The notes beneath the pieces are model-generated. The model was not told where the DNA came from, searched no databases, and saw only the letters and a list, made by a program, of their open reading frames with translations. The position numbers and the translations under genes were made by a program. 40,205 nt of DNA, taken from positions 1-40,205 of the forward strand of contig JANOQL010000148.1 of the NCBI GenBank assembly GCA_031414835.1, written 5' to 3'. Positions within the stretch are counted from its first letter, which is position 1; every line of letters starts with the position of its first letter. The stretch comes from Sphingomonadales bacterium (GTDB taxonomy: Bacteria > Pseudomonadota > Alphaproteobacteria > Sphingomonadales > Sphingomonadaceae). Positions 20,701 to 29,483 of this stretch are shown in pieces.

Positions 20701-22167
20701 CACAGTTTCCACTTTCTCCTTCGGGCCATCTGGCACAGCGCGTGGCCCGGGCCGGGGGGCTGACAGGCTCCACCCAGACCAGCCGAACAGCGCTTCATGC
20801 AGATGGAGCTTCTTTGCCGGATCGGTCGGCGTTTCGCGAACGGCGGCACTTTGCACCCAGCCTGCTTCGGCGTGATCGGTGTAGATGGCTGTGCCATCGC
20901 GCAGCGTTGCGGTTGCCAGACGCCGATGCGGGCTGAACCAGCGCGCCTCATGATCGTCCCAGATCTCGACGCGGAAACCGCGCGTGATGTCCTCTGTTGC
21001 GACAATTGGCGGTTTGGCAGGCGTCGATTCTGCGGCCATCTTGGTCGCGCGCGTCACCTGACTGCGAACGCCATCGAGCCGTCCGGTGCGCACGACTGTA
21101 TAGCCTTCGGACCGCAGCGACGCCGGGGCGACCGTTCCCGGATCGCCATTATCGGCCATCTGCAACATCCGTGGCAGCGCGCGGATAAAATTGCCGAGCT
21201 TGAGCGCGGCGCCATCGCTATCCATCGTCAGCGCGGCAAAGCTCTTTTCATCCCCCAGCCGCAACCGACCGCCATCCCAGTCTGGCCCTCGCGGTTTACT
21301 CAGCAGACGGTTCCCGCGCCGCTCGACGGGTGTGCGTGAGGCTATGGCTCTCGCGGGCACGTCGATCACGAGTTCCGCAGTCAGTTCCTTGGCTTTGGCC
21401 AGCAGCGCAAGGTCAGCCACGTTGAGATCGATCACAAGGCCCAGTCGCCGCAGCAATTCGGGCTGATCGCTGTAATGCGCGACGCGTTCGTGAAAGTCGG
21501 GCTCGGGCAGTTCGATGGCCTTCACCCGGCGGTCGGGATCGGTGGCCTGCGTTGCCGCCCCTACAGGTTCATAAAAGCGCCGGGCCGCATGAAGCGGTTT
21601 CAAAATATCGGGCAGAGGCACATTGTCGCTATTGCTGTCCAGCAATCGCGTGACAAATTCATCCCTATTCCCTTGGTCCTTTTCGTTGAGCCTTGGCATT
21701 CCGCCAAGCGTGCCGATCAAGCGCCGGAGCACGCTTCCGCGCCCTTTCATGCCAGGCATCGTTTTGAAATCGGGTGGATCGAGCGGAAAATACAGGCTCG
21801 ACGCGACAGCGGTCACGGCGGCGAGGTCATGGACTTTCTTGACGTCAAAACTCGCCCACTCACGGCCTGCGTAATCACCGGAATCGGGACGCCGGACGGG
21901 GGTGTCTTCGGGGAAACATTTCGACCAAAGGTCTGGTTCGACCTGTGCCACGATCTCGCAGGCAATTTCGGCCCCTGCCTGATTGCGCAGGATCGGTCGC
22001 GCTGTGCCGATGGCGCGCGCCCATTCGGCAAAACTTGGGAATAAGCCGAGCGCTTCCTCGACGGCATCGGGATTCAGCTTGGGTGCGACATGAAGCGAGA
22101 CATGGAACGGCGCGCCTTCCGCCACTGTCAGCGGCAGGACCGTCAGGATGTAAGTTTCGGTGCGCAT
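17704..22167 (-). CDS. Giant hypothetical protein B (1487 aa)
   Basis: Long uninterrupted ORF; GGAGG RBS lies within the end of the upstream gene; Pro/Arg/Trp-rich; FnIII/Ig-like motif YAFRAWGVDLAGN; no signal peptide seen. Confidence 0.88.
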   Translation of the reverse strand: MRTETYILTVLPLTVAEGAPFHVSLHVAPKLNPDAVEEALGLFPSFAEWARAIGTARPILRNQAGAEIACEIVAQVEPDLWSKCFPEDTPVRRPDSGDYAGREWASFDVKKVHDLAAVTAVASSLYFPLDPPDFKTMPGMKGRGSVLRRLIGTLGGMPRLNEKDQGNRDEFVTRLLDSNSDNVPLPDILKPLHAARRFYEPVGAATQATDPDRRVKAIELPEPDFHERVAHYSDQPELLRRLGLVIDLNVADLALLAKAKELTAELVIDVPARAIASRTPVERRGNRLLSKPRGPDWDGGRLRLGDEKSFAALTMDSDGAALKLGNFIRALPRMLQMADNGDPGTVAPASLRSEGYTVVRTGRLDGVRSQVTRATKMAAESTPAKPPIVATEDITRGFRVEIWDDHEARWFSPHRRLATATLRDGTAIYTDHAEAGWVQSAAVRETPTDPAKKLHLHEALFGWSGWSLSAPRPGPRAVPDGPKEKVETVAQEAALSAVTVTTRVMPGTLPRLRYGRSYAFRAWGVDLAGNSHGGNVPPSPAPTDAAPIAPIAAIVRPVRALSSDLPGVEPLLRQILPRGDAFTSPVTRLTDFKLQPARAAIARFTGSDEIDQIVSTRLSARVASVAAIDSAATLTDRMRASISDIQLDTARAIRPEALALDRLDEIIGLPSETVTPTIPFRRWDPVPPPVVVPRHRYSPAESVHHMVIRSGVDEDAAIETPQDYIASVSAIDSVLATDWRATSERHLAAPKGSQHLNELHGKFDVAIDDPAQQRTLLAAALRDDGTLYDREIVSLDDPALTVPQPGVSLQAGPEIITPVTDLTLFEGANRGDVIPAGHYVMHDTDRLALPYLPDPLAVGVAMGMSGANIGSPLIGLFRTESTAARYEGEWPAPAPFRLILESADSPTATIADGVITIGLPPGTRLDMRLSSSLRREDLDLLALWMLFPNALRDLDLLERPAADGQLWGLTPFERISLVHAVPRPVLPPLITKLFPFRSENSTFAGFAGAINCHAASTDRIDAEAKWSEWTDDIAAPGPVREDRHAVAFTTQLDPFEDLVVFGETPGMTDEKPEDMIAFPGVGEIRVHRARHEFGDTKHRRVRYAFRGTTRFREYFPVGLLSTPDSQSLIGDDTEISILNTAQPPVPEIDSIIPLFRWDEEGDPGQPFGVRRRRRSGLRIYLKRPWHRTGDDEQLGVLLTALDPPDPESASLWGGDPVWLNAGPKNQIVGMALEDFYAGTLGIDGDRGSEDRISSAAVHRLPGKGGSLVTVIGYRPEYNEARGLWFVDVAIEPEAAVWPFIRLVVARYQPNSIPGKTLSKAVRCDFAQLLPERTLTVSRPDDGHVRLTVTGPIGLRDSGRNGAAGTNIQGGSTSGSAFPLGAADPTAIISRDRHMIAAVQRLPAGRTSDLDWEDVHEQELTIGGVSAGGQWAWTGVVPLTTSIGPATPGQSDQWRVMVTETEGVESDPDENGRLTKQWRTIYADCIAI

Positions 22168-22170
22168 CGC

Positions 22171-25100
22171 CTATGCCTCCGCCATGCTGGGCGCGAACGC
22201 CGAGAGATAGTCCGCCCATACCGCCGATCCGCCACCGGCATCGACCAGCAGCATGTCACGCACGGTCGGATCGCCATTCGATCCTGCAAACACCCGCCGC
22301 GCCTTGACGGTAACCGAGCCAGAAAAGAACAGCACTTCGACCGTGATCTTGAGTGAGGCTTCGCCCACCAGCTTGTCATCTGCAGTGAAATATTCGAGTG
22401 CCAGATAAAGCTCGATCGATGCGGAAATCAGCGACAGCACATCGACTTCGCCGCGAATCCGCAGATATCCGGTCAACTGGCCTTCGCTGCCTTCGATCTT
22501 GAAATAAATGCCTGCCATGACCGAGACAGAGCCAGACGCGACGCCGAAATCGAGCGCCACGATCGCGCCGAATTCAAACGCGCCTTCGAGCAAGACCATG
22601 CCTTCGGGACTGAGCCGCAATCCGATGAAGCCACCGCCGCCCAAGAACGCCACTGCCAAGCAGAAAGGCCTTTCGCGCGTGCAGAAATTAAACCCGACAC
22701 TTACCACTTGTCCAAGGAATGGCACGCGCACATCGGCACCCAACGAGATGTTGGTCAGCGAAAAAACGCCGATGGCGACATTGGGGAGCGCGATGGTGAA
22801 GCCTGCCGAAATGCCTTCGGTGCTGACGTCGAGGAATGGTGGGTCGCTGAAACCGTCAAGCGGAATCAATTCTTTCAACACCTGGACAAAGGCCAGCACA
22901 CCGACAAATTCGAGGTCGTCGAAGATGACATCGACTTCGGGCTTGCGCGCGGTGCTGCCCCGGAAGGCGAGGCGGTTGAATTTGACCGCCATCAATTCAA
23001 AACCGGGCAACAGGTTCAGTTGAAAATCATCGAGCTGGGCGGCAATTTCGGCCCCCGCTGGATTGGGCCCCGCAGCGCGCACTTCGACCGAGACGGTCAG
23101 TGCCTTGTCCGGATTTTTCATCTCGAAGATCGGGCTGCTAGTATCGGGGAAGTTCCGCAGTTTCGGATTCCAGACCATCTTGGCACGGAATTCACCGCCG
23201 CCGGGATCGAACCCCTCGGCAAAAGCGAGCACCGCTTCGATAACGTCGAGCGCCTTGAGTGCGGGTTGGAGTCCCGCAATCAGCTTGTCAAAGGTCGCGC
23301 GTGCGATCGGGTCGAGCGGCTGGCCGGGGAGTTGCGCCGCAAGCGTGTCGATCTCGTTCGCGACATTGGCGAGCGCAGCCGTGACCCGCGCAACGCCGAT
23401 CGCGGCGCTGTCTCCCGCCAGCAGTTCGGCAATCGCGTCTTGCACTTCGGTAGCCATTGCGGGGAGGGCAGGGGCCTGCGCATATTTCTGCGCTGCATCC
23501 TTGATCGCCTGCAAATCGGCAATGATCGCCGACACTCGGTCGAGCGCTTCGGTGATGAATTTGGGCGCAAGGTCGAGCAATCCATCGATGATCAGATCAG
23601 ACAGATCAAACAAGCCGAACAGCTTGGGCAAGCCAGCCGAAAACAGCTTCTTGGCGTCAAACCCACCGGCAGCGGCTTCGGCGACATCGGCCACAAGCCC
23701 GGTGCCGCGCGCGAGGCCATCGACCGCCACGTCGGGGCGGATAAATCCGCCAGCCTTCTCGCTCGATCCAAAATTCAATTCTGATTTGGTGGCGAGTTTG
23801 AGGAAGACGTTGCCAACATTTTCAGGGCCGAAGCCTTTGTCGCGGTAAATGTCGGGATAGCTGACGTCGGATGATGGGGCCGTTGGTGTCAGACGCTTGA
23901 TCGCCGGGACGATCACTTTGGCCTTTTTCAAAAAGGGCGTCGATGTCGAACGGGCTGCAATCCCGCTAAGCGTCAGCGTCTCGACTTCGGCGCTTGCCCG
24001 TGCAGCAGGCGTTCCCTGATCCCCGGCAAGCGCTGGGGCAAAAGCTATCGTCTGATTGTGCGCAGGAATAGTGGCGCGCGATTCATAGGCGGCAAGCACG
24101 GCGGCTGCATTCACATTGGGGCCTGCAAATACGAACAGCAGTGGTGCCTGCAAGTGAATGCTCGACGCATCATGATCGCGGCCATCGATCTTCCAGTCGA
24201 ACGGATCTGCTGCGCCGATCAAGGTTGGCCAGAAAAAGGGGCCAGGCGTCGGCTTTGCGAGGTTCGGCGTCCGTCCCGGGGTCAGCCTGGCCGTGACAAA
24301 TGGCATGTCGAGCCGCGCAAACGGCCCCATCGGATCACCAAGCGTGATGTAGAACAGCTGAAACAGTGCGGCCTGTGGGTTATTCTCGCCGACGATCTTT
24401 CGATACGTGATTTTGTTGAGATACGCCTTCTGTCCCAGTGGAAACAAATAGCCCGGTCTGACGATCCGCACATACTGGTCACGCCCCATCGGCGCGATAT
24501 GATCCCATGAATCTAGCGGGCTGAAAAATGGAACATACCGATCCGAATCCCATTTGGCATGGACGTCGAGCCACGCCCCGACCGCGGATAGCGCCAGCTT
24601 GCGCACGCGGGCTGGTTCGGGCCGGATGCGTGGCGCAAGCGACGTCCCCGCTGTCTGCCTGACGATCAGTTCACGATCATCGGCGGAAAGCGAATGGTCG
24701 AACGGGTCGCCTGGCGGCTGCGTCATATCGCGATCGCGCGTCCAGACTGCGCGGACAATCCGCTGACCGCTTGCCGTTTCATCGGTGCCGCCAGGATCAC
24801 GAACGCCCAGCCGACTGTGCCACAGTTCGACACGTTCCGGGCCAAACGAGGAGTCCGCGGTAACAGGGCGCAGCGCATGCGCCCATCCGCCCTGTGATGA
24901 TGGCGATAGGATCAGCCGGAACGGTGCCTCAATGGCCGTTTCATTGCTGTTCGGACGACGGACCACAGGGAGCATCGACGGAAGGAAAGCGCCCGGGCTG
25001 ATTTGCAGCTGCTCTGCCTCGATCGCGCTCAAAAACCCGCCCGCAATCAGCCGGTTCGCCGATACCATCGCGCGCTGGCTCTCGATAATCGAAGCAGTTG

Positions 25101-25680
25101 TATTGAGGCCGGCCATGGCTGACACGCGAGTTGCAGCAGTCGCCCGGACGTCCTGCAACAGTCGCGCCGTGAGCGACATGCGGCTGAGCGTCGCAAGCGG
25201 GAGCGCAATGAACGGAGCCGCAGAAACAGGCGTTGCAGCAGGCACCACTGACAATTCAAGCCGCGCCATCGCCGCGAGCAAGCCTTCGATCGAGTAAGCG
25301 ATCTCATCGCCGGCAGCGACTTTGAACACAAGCCGACTGCGATTGGCGGCGCGCGCTGGCGTCGGCACAGAAGGAAACGGCTCGAAGGGGGGATCGCCCG
25401 CCTCCGCACCGGGGGCCAGCTGGGCGGCAAATTCTGCCATGTGCTGGAAACTGAAATCGAACCGGATGAAGCCGCCCGCGCTCCCTGCCTTCAGCGTGGC
25501 CCTGTCATCTGGCGAAAGAACCATGCCTGCCCACGAAACCGAAAAGGCCAACAGATCGTCGGGCCTAACGACCTTGCGCGGCACGCTCCATTTCAACGCA
25601 GGAACGATGAGTTCGCCTGGCCGTGGGTTGGCGGGATTTGGGTTGCGCGGTCGCACCGGAATCCGGGGTTGCAGGCCCAT
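22171..25680 (-). CDS. Giant hypothetical protein A (~1170 aa)
   Basis: Long ORF; GGAG RBS before ATG 25680 (track start 25707); central Ala-rich helical segment; C-terminal Gly/hydrophobic alternating beta-strands. Confidence 0.88.
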   Translation of the reverse strand: MGLQPRIPVRPRNPNPANPRPGELIVPALKWSVPRKVVRPDDLLAFSVSWAGMVLSPDDRATLKAGSAGGFIRFDFSFQHMAEFAAQLAPGAEAGDPPFEPFPSVPTPARAANRSRLVFKVAAGDEIAYSIEGLLAAMARLELSVVPAATPVSAAPFIALPLATLSRMSLTARLLQDVRATAATRVSAMAGLNTTASIIESQRAMVSANRLIAGGFLSAIEAEQLQISPGAFLPSMLPVVRRPNSNETAIEAPFRLILSPSSQGGWAHALRPVTADSSFGPERVELWHSRLGVRDPGGTDETASGQRIVRAVWTRDRDMTQPPGDPFDHSLSADDRELIVRQTAGTSLAPRIRPEPARVRKLALSAVGAWLDVHAKWDSDRYVPFFSPLDSWDHIAPMGRDQYVRIVRPGYLFPLGQKAYLNKITYRKIVGENNPQAALFQLFYITLGDPMGPFARLDMPFVTARLTPGRTPNLAKPTPGPFFWPTLIGAADPFDWKIDGRDHDASSIHLQAPLLFVFAGPNVNAAAVLAAYESRATIPAHNQTIAFAPALAGDQGTPAARASAEVETLTLSGIAARSTSTPFLKKAKVIVPAIKRLTPTAPSSDVSYPDIYRDKGFGPENVGNVFLKLATKSELNFGSSEKAGGFIRPDVAVDGLARGTGLVADVAEAAAGGFDAKKLFSAGLPKLFGLFDLSDLIIDGLLDLAPKFITEALDRVSAIIADLQAIKDAAQKYAQAPALPAMATEVQDAIAELLAGDSAAIGVARVTAALANVANEIDTLAAQLPGQPLDPIARATFDKLIAGLQPALKALDVIEAVLAFAEGFDPGGGEFRAKMVWNPKLRNFPDTSSPIFEMKNPDKALTVSVEVRAAGPNPAGAEIAAQLDDFQLNLLPGFELMAVKFNRLAFRGSTARKPEVDVIFDDLEFVGVLAFVQVLKELIPLDGFSDPPFLDVSTEGISAGFTIALPNVAIGVFSLTNISLGADVRVPFLGQVVSVGFNFCTRERPFCLAVAFLGGGGFIGLRLSPEGMVLLEGAFEFGAIVALDFGVASGSVSVMAGIYFKIEGSEGQLTGYLRIRGEVDVLSLISASIELYLALEYFTADDKLVGEASLKITVEVLFFSGSVTVKARRVFAGSNGDPTVRDMLLVDAGGGSAVWADYLSAFAPSMAEA

Positions 25681-26147
25681 CACATGTCTCCAACGAGTCG
25701 ACAGCAACCCTTTTTCAGGGCCATTTGACGAAGAAGAAATGCGATCCCGAATATGCTCAGATAAGCGCCATAAGGCTGCGCCTCGATCACCGATCCGTCA
25801 ATGCAATCTGGCTCGGGTTCGGTGCCGTCCATCGCTATTCGGTCAGGATTTTATTGCGCAACAATCCGGATTGGCTTGACGGGTCAAACAGATGGCCCAG
25901 CGTTTCTGATCGCAAATGCCGGGTTGCCGCGATCCAAATTTTTCGTCCAAGATTCGAAGCCGATTGTCGCGAACTCGGCTTTCCACCGGTCTTGTTTGCT
26001 ACCCGAGCGCCGAACTCTCCATCTCGACCGCCGATACCAACGCACTGCGGCTTCTCGCAAAAGCAATCGGCACGCCAAGTGCCTCCAAACTCAGCAGCAG
26101 TCGGCTAAATTGCACTTGGAACCGACGTGCAATCGGCTTCAAATCTA

Positions 26148-26645
26148 TTATTTCTTTCGGGGCATCTTAGCCGCCGTCGCTTCGATCTCGATCAGGAAGT
26201 TCGGCCCTGCAAGTGCTGCGACTTGCACCGTTGATCGCGCAACCAGATTGGGGTTTTCTGCGGTTCCGAAGAACTCCCGATACCCTGCATTGAACCCGGC
26301 AAAATCCATCTTTCCGGCCAGCTTGGGATCGCCGACCACAAAGATTGTCAGCTTGACAACATTGGACATGGCGTAGCCCTGCTTTTCGAGCAGCGCCTTG
26401 ATCTTTTTGAAGGTGCTGACGGTCTGGGTTTTCGTGTCGCCATAGGCTTCGATGCTGTCGGTCTTTGCCGGGTCGATCGGCGCAGGCAATTGGCCGCTGA
26501 GAATCAGTGTTTCGGCCCCCGGCGGGATCGTCACGCCTGACAGGATGATTGCAGGCGGCGGGTTGGTGTGGCGGACGATCTCGGCCGCGTTGATGGGACA
26601 GGCAAGAACCGACGCAATTGCAAGCGATGCGAAAACTGACTTCAT
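26148..26645 (-). CDS. RidA/YjgF family imine deaminase with signal peptide
   Basis: LILSGQLP, ARSTVQV (conserved Arg) and LIEIEATA motifs; N-terminal MKSVFASLAIASVLACPINA; AGGAGG RBS. Confidence 0.88.
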   Translation of the reverse strand: MKSVFASLAIASVLACPINAAEIVRHTNPPPAIILSGVTIPPGAETLILSGQLPAPIDPAKTDSIEAYGDTKTQTVSTFKKIKALLEKQGYAMSNVVKLTIFVVGDPKLAGKMDFAGFNAGYREFFGTAENPNLVARSTVQVAALAGPNFLIEIEATAAKMPRKK

Positions 26646-26665
26646 CGAAAAACCCTCCTGTGAAA

Positions 26666-26701
26666 TATTTGGGCGACAAGTGCATCTCGTCGCCCAATTT
26701 T
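26666..26701 (-). terminator. Stem-loop between the TonB receptor and RidA genes (partial terminator or mRNA stabiliser)
   Basis: TTGGGCGAC...GTCGCCCAA stem with A/T-rich flanks. Confidence 0.5.
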
Positions 26702-26717
26702 GCCGAACGTCATCGTT

Positions 26718-29318
26718 TTAGAATGTCACGCTACCGCGCACATACCAAAACCCGCCCATGTAACTAAGCGGCGATGCGTCGTTGTAAATCCGCCCGCTCG
26801 CCTGAGCGCCTGTAGCGGCATAAATGTTGCGGACCTCACGATCCGGATAGGCATCAAGGATATTCTCGGCACCGACCGCGAACCGATACTTCTCCGCAAA
26901 GGTTATGCCCAATTCCAGATCGACGCTGACGTCCGATCCGAACCGCTGCCGGGTTGGGCTTCCCACGGCGACATTGCTGGTGTTGAACGAAGTGATCGGG
27001 CTGAAATAATTTACCCGTGCTGTCGCATCGAACATGCCGCTCGACCATGATTCAGCGAGGACGGCGCGATATTTGGGGGTCAGCCCCTGGATATTGTTGA
27101 CCCGCTGGAGATCGATTGCGGCGGCAACGGTGACTTCGGTGACTTTGGTCTTGTTGTAATTGATCGCCAGCGAAGTGTTGAAACTGCCGAGGCCACCTGT
27201 CGTGCGATGCGAAACGACCGCATCGACGCCTTGGGTTCGTGTCTTGAACCCGTTGGTGAAGTAGTTGACCTGACCCAGATCGAACGCATTGGCCACGCCG
27301 AGCGCCGCAAGGGCAGTTTGCTGCGCCGCCGTGACGTTGAATGCCGATGTGATCGAAATACGGTCTTTCACTTTGATGTTGTAATAATCGAGGGTCAGGT
27401 TGAAGCCGCTCCCCGGCGTCACCACGAGCCCACCCGAAAAACTGACCGATTTTTCGGGGCTGAGTGGCTGCGAACCGAAGAACAGACCGGTCACACTGTC
27501 GGCCGTCACTGTGGCGGTCGCGACCGGAATCTGGCTGCCGTTCGGGAACCCGGTCTGGACATTCGAGGTAAACAATTGCCCCGGGGTCGGCGCGCGGAAC
27601 CCGGTGCTTGCGGCACCGCGTACGGCGAACACGTCGGTAATGGCCCAGCGCGCGCTGGCCTTGCTGTTGAAGGTGCCGCCAAAATCAGCAAAATAATCGT
27701 ATCGGCCCGCCAGCCCGAGCGTGAAGCCTTCGGTGATATCGGTTTCCAGATCGAGATACCCCGAATAGCTGTTTCGCGATCCTTCGATTGCAGCACTGGG
27801 ACCGTATCCCGGAAACCCATTGGCCCCGATCGCCGCCGTCGCCTGAAAGCGCGTGCCATCGGGCCGCTGCACCGTCTGCGTTGCAAAAGGACCAATCGCG
27901 TAAGACGCTTCATCTCCCAAACCGACCGCGTAGGTTTCGCGTCTGAACTCCAGCCCTGCGGCAATGTTGAGCGGACTTGCAAAGCCGATATCGACCGGAT
28001 AGCTGACATCGAAATTGAGATTGGTTTCGCGCTGCTCAAGAAAGCCGAGGTAGAATTCGGTCGGCGATTGCGGCCCGAGTGACGGGTTGAGCGTCGATGT
28101 CATCCGGTAACGGATGCGATCACGACCGGTCGCGCCGCTCAAGTCGAACTTCAAGCCAAACGCGGTTTCGCCGCGATATCCGATAACGCCCGACAGGTCC
28201 TCGTTGGTGCTTTTGAAGAGCGGAACAAAGCCGTTGGGGAAGAACTGGCTCGCCTCAAAAGTCCGCCCGGTGCTGGTATAGACAGGCGCGCCGGTTGTTG
28301 TGCGCAAACCGGCAATCGTATCGAGGTAGATCGTGGCTACCGATTTGCCGAAAGTCTGATTTGCCGCTGTTGGCAGGCCGGGCGCAGGGATTGCCCCCGC
28401 CACCGTAACGGCGACTGGCCTGCGATAGTTAAAATCGACCTCTTGCTTGGCATAACCATAATTGCCGAAGAAATAGACCTCATCCAGATCCCCTACCGGG
28501 ATCGCGGAGTTGATGACGAGGCGGTAACTCCGGCTTTCGGGCTGGCCGTATCGGGTCGGCGGGCTGGGAACCGTAATCCCGAGCGCACGGAGTGCCGCCG
28601 AATCGGGCCGGTCGCGCGCGCGGTTGAACAGCCCCTGATCGTTGAATTCGCCGGTGAGATTGACGAACCCATCGCCCAGCTTGAACCCGGCATTTGCGGA
28701 CAGCTGAACGTCTTTGCCATCGCCTTCATAAGTCTGGCCATAGCGGGCATTGACTTCATAGCCGCTATCATTGGACCGCAGGCCGAGGTTGATAACGCCT
28801 GCGATCGCGTCCGATCCATATTGTGCAGCCGCGCCGTCACGCAGCACCTCGACTCGGCCGAGCGCTGCCGACGGGATTTGTGACAGATCGGGGCCTTGCG
28901 AGCCCGCCGAAAGCGAATCGCCTGCAACTTGCACAAGTGCGGATCGGTGCATCCGCTTTCCGTTGATAAGGACCAGGATCTGATCTGGTGGAAGGCCGCG
29001 CAAGGTTGGCGGGCGGACGAACGCCGACCCGTCTGCGCCTGCGTTGCGCTGCTGATTGAATGACGGAACGAGATTCTTGAGGATCGTCTGGAGGCTTGGG
29101 CTGGCCTGAACCTTCAAATCCTCTGCGGAAAACACATCGACCGGCACGGCTGATTCGGCAACTGTCCGGTCGGTGCGCCGTGTGCCTGTCACCACGATGT
29201 CGCTCGCGGCGATCGCCTCATCTTCGGGAGCGATCTCCTGCTGCGCCTGCGCTGCCTGACTGCCGACGAGACCGGCGACGACAAGCGCCATTTGCGAAAT
29301 TCCAAACACTCTCTTCAT
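26718..29318 (-). CDS. TonB-dependent receptor
   Basis: Signal peptide; TonB box DIVVTGTR; plug motifs LRGL..DQILVLINGKR and RVEVLRDGAAAQYGSDAIAGVIN; terminal Phe. Confidence 0.96.
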   Translation of the reverse strand: MKRVFGISQMALVVAGLVGSQAAQAQQEIAPEDEAIAASDIVVTGTRRTDRTVAESAVPVDVFSAEDLKVQASPSLQTILKNLVPSFNQQRNAGADGSAFVRPPTLRGLPPDQILVLINGKRMHRSALVQVAGDSLSAGSQGPDLSQIPSAALGRVEVLRDGAAAQYGSDAIAGVINLGLRSNDSGYEVNARYGQTYEGDGKDVQLSANAGFKLGDGFVNLTGEFNDQGLFNRARDRPDSAALRALGITVPSPPTRYGQPESRSYRLVINSAIPVGDLDEVYFFGNYGYAKQEVDFNYRRPVAVTVAGAIPAPGLPTAANQTFGKSVATIYLDTIAGLRTTTGAPVYTSTGRTFEASQFFPNGFVPLFKSTNEDLSGVIGYRGETAFGLKFDLSGATGRDRIRYRMTSTLNPSLGPQSPTEFYLGFLEQRETNLNFDVSYPVDIGFASPLNIAAGLEFRRETYAVGLGDEASYAIGPFATQTVQRPDGTRFQATAAIGANGFPGYGPSAAIEGSRNSYSGYLDLETDITEGFTLGLAGRYDYFADFGGTFNSKASARWAITDVFAVRGAASTGFRAPTPGQLFTSNVQTGFPNGSQIPVATATVTADSVTGLFFGSQPLSPEKSVSFSGGLVVTPGSGFNLTLDYYNIKVKDRISITSAFNVTAAQQTALAALGVANAFDLGQVNYFTNGFKTRTQGVDAVVSHRTTGGLGSFNTSLAINYNKTKVTEVTVAAAIDLQRVNNIQGLTPKYRAVLAESWSSGMFDATARVNYFSPITSFNTSNVAVGSPTRQRFGSDVSVDLELGITFAEKYRFAVGAENILDAYPDREVRNIYAATGAQASGRIYNDASPLSYMGGFWYVRGSVTF

Positions 29319-29483
29319 GTTTCAAAGCCCCCATTGTTTTCAGGATGAGCTTTTCAATCATCGTCCCCGCCACCTCTGCTGTGCAGAGCGTCTTTTGGTC
29401 CGTTCCTGCGAAACCACGGGGTTGGAATGTCGGTGCTGGCTGATGCCAGTCACCGGGTAGATGTCTTCATGATCTCCTTGCTG

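Noticed and set aside
25862-26132. Short palindromes (CAATCCGGATTG, TTGACGGGTCAA, TTGCAC...GTGCAA) and ORFs in this gap
   Set aside because: Spacing does not fit an FNR/FixK box; short enough to be chance; the ORFs lack protein-like features
29450-29479. AAGGAG followed by mini-ORF MKTSTR* on the minus strand after the oxidase
   Set aside because: Could be a relic of a deleted gene, but RBS spacing is short and no CxxCH or other homology was seen
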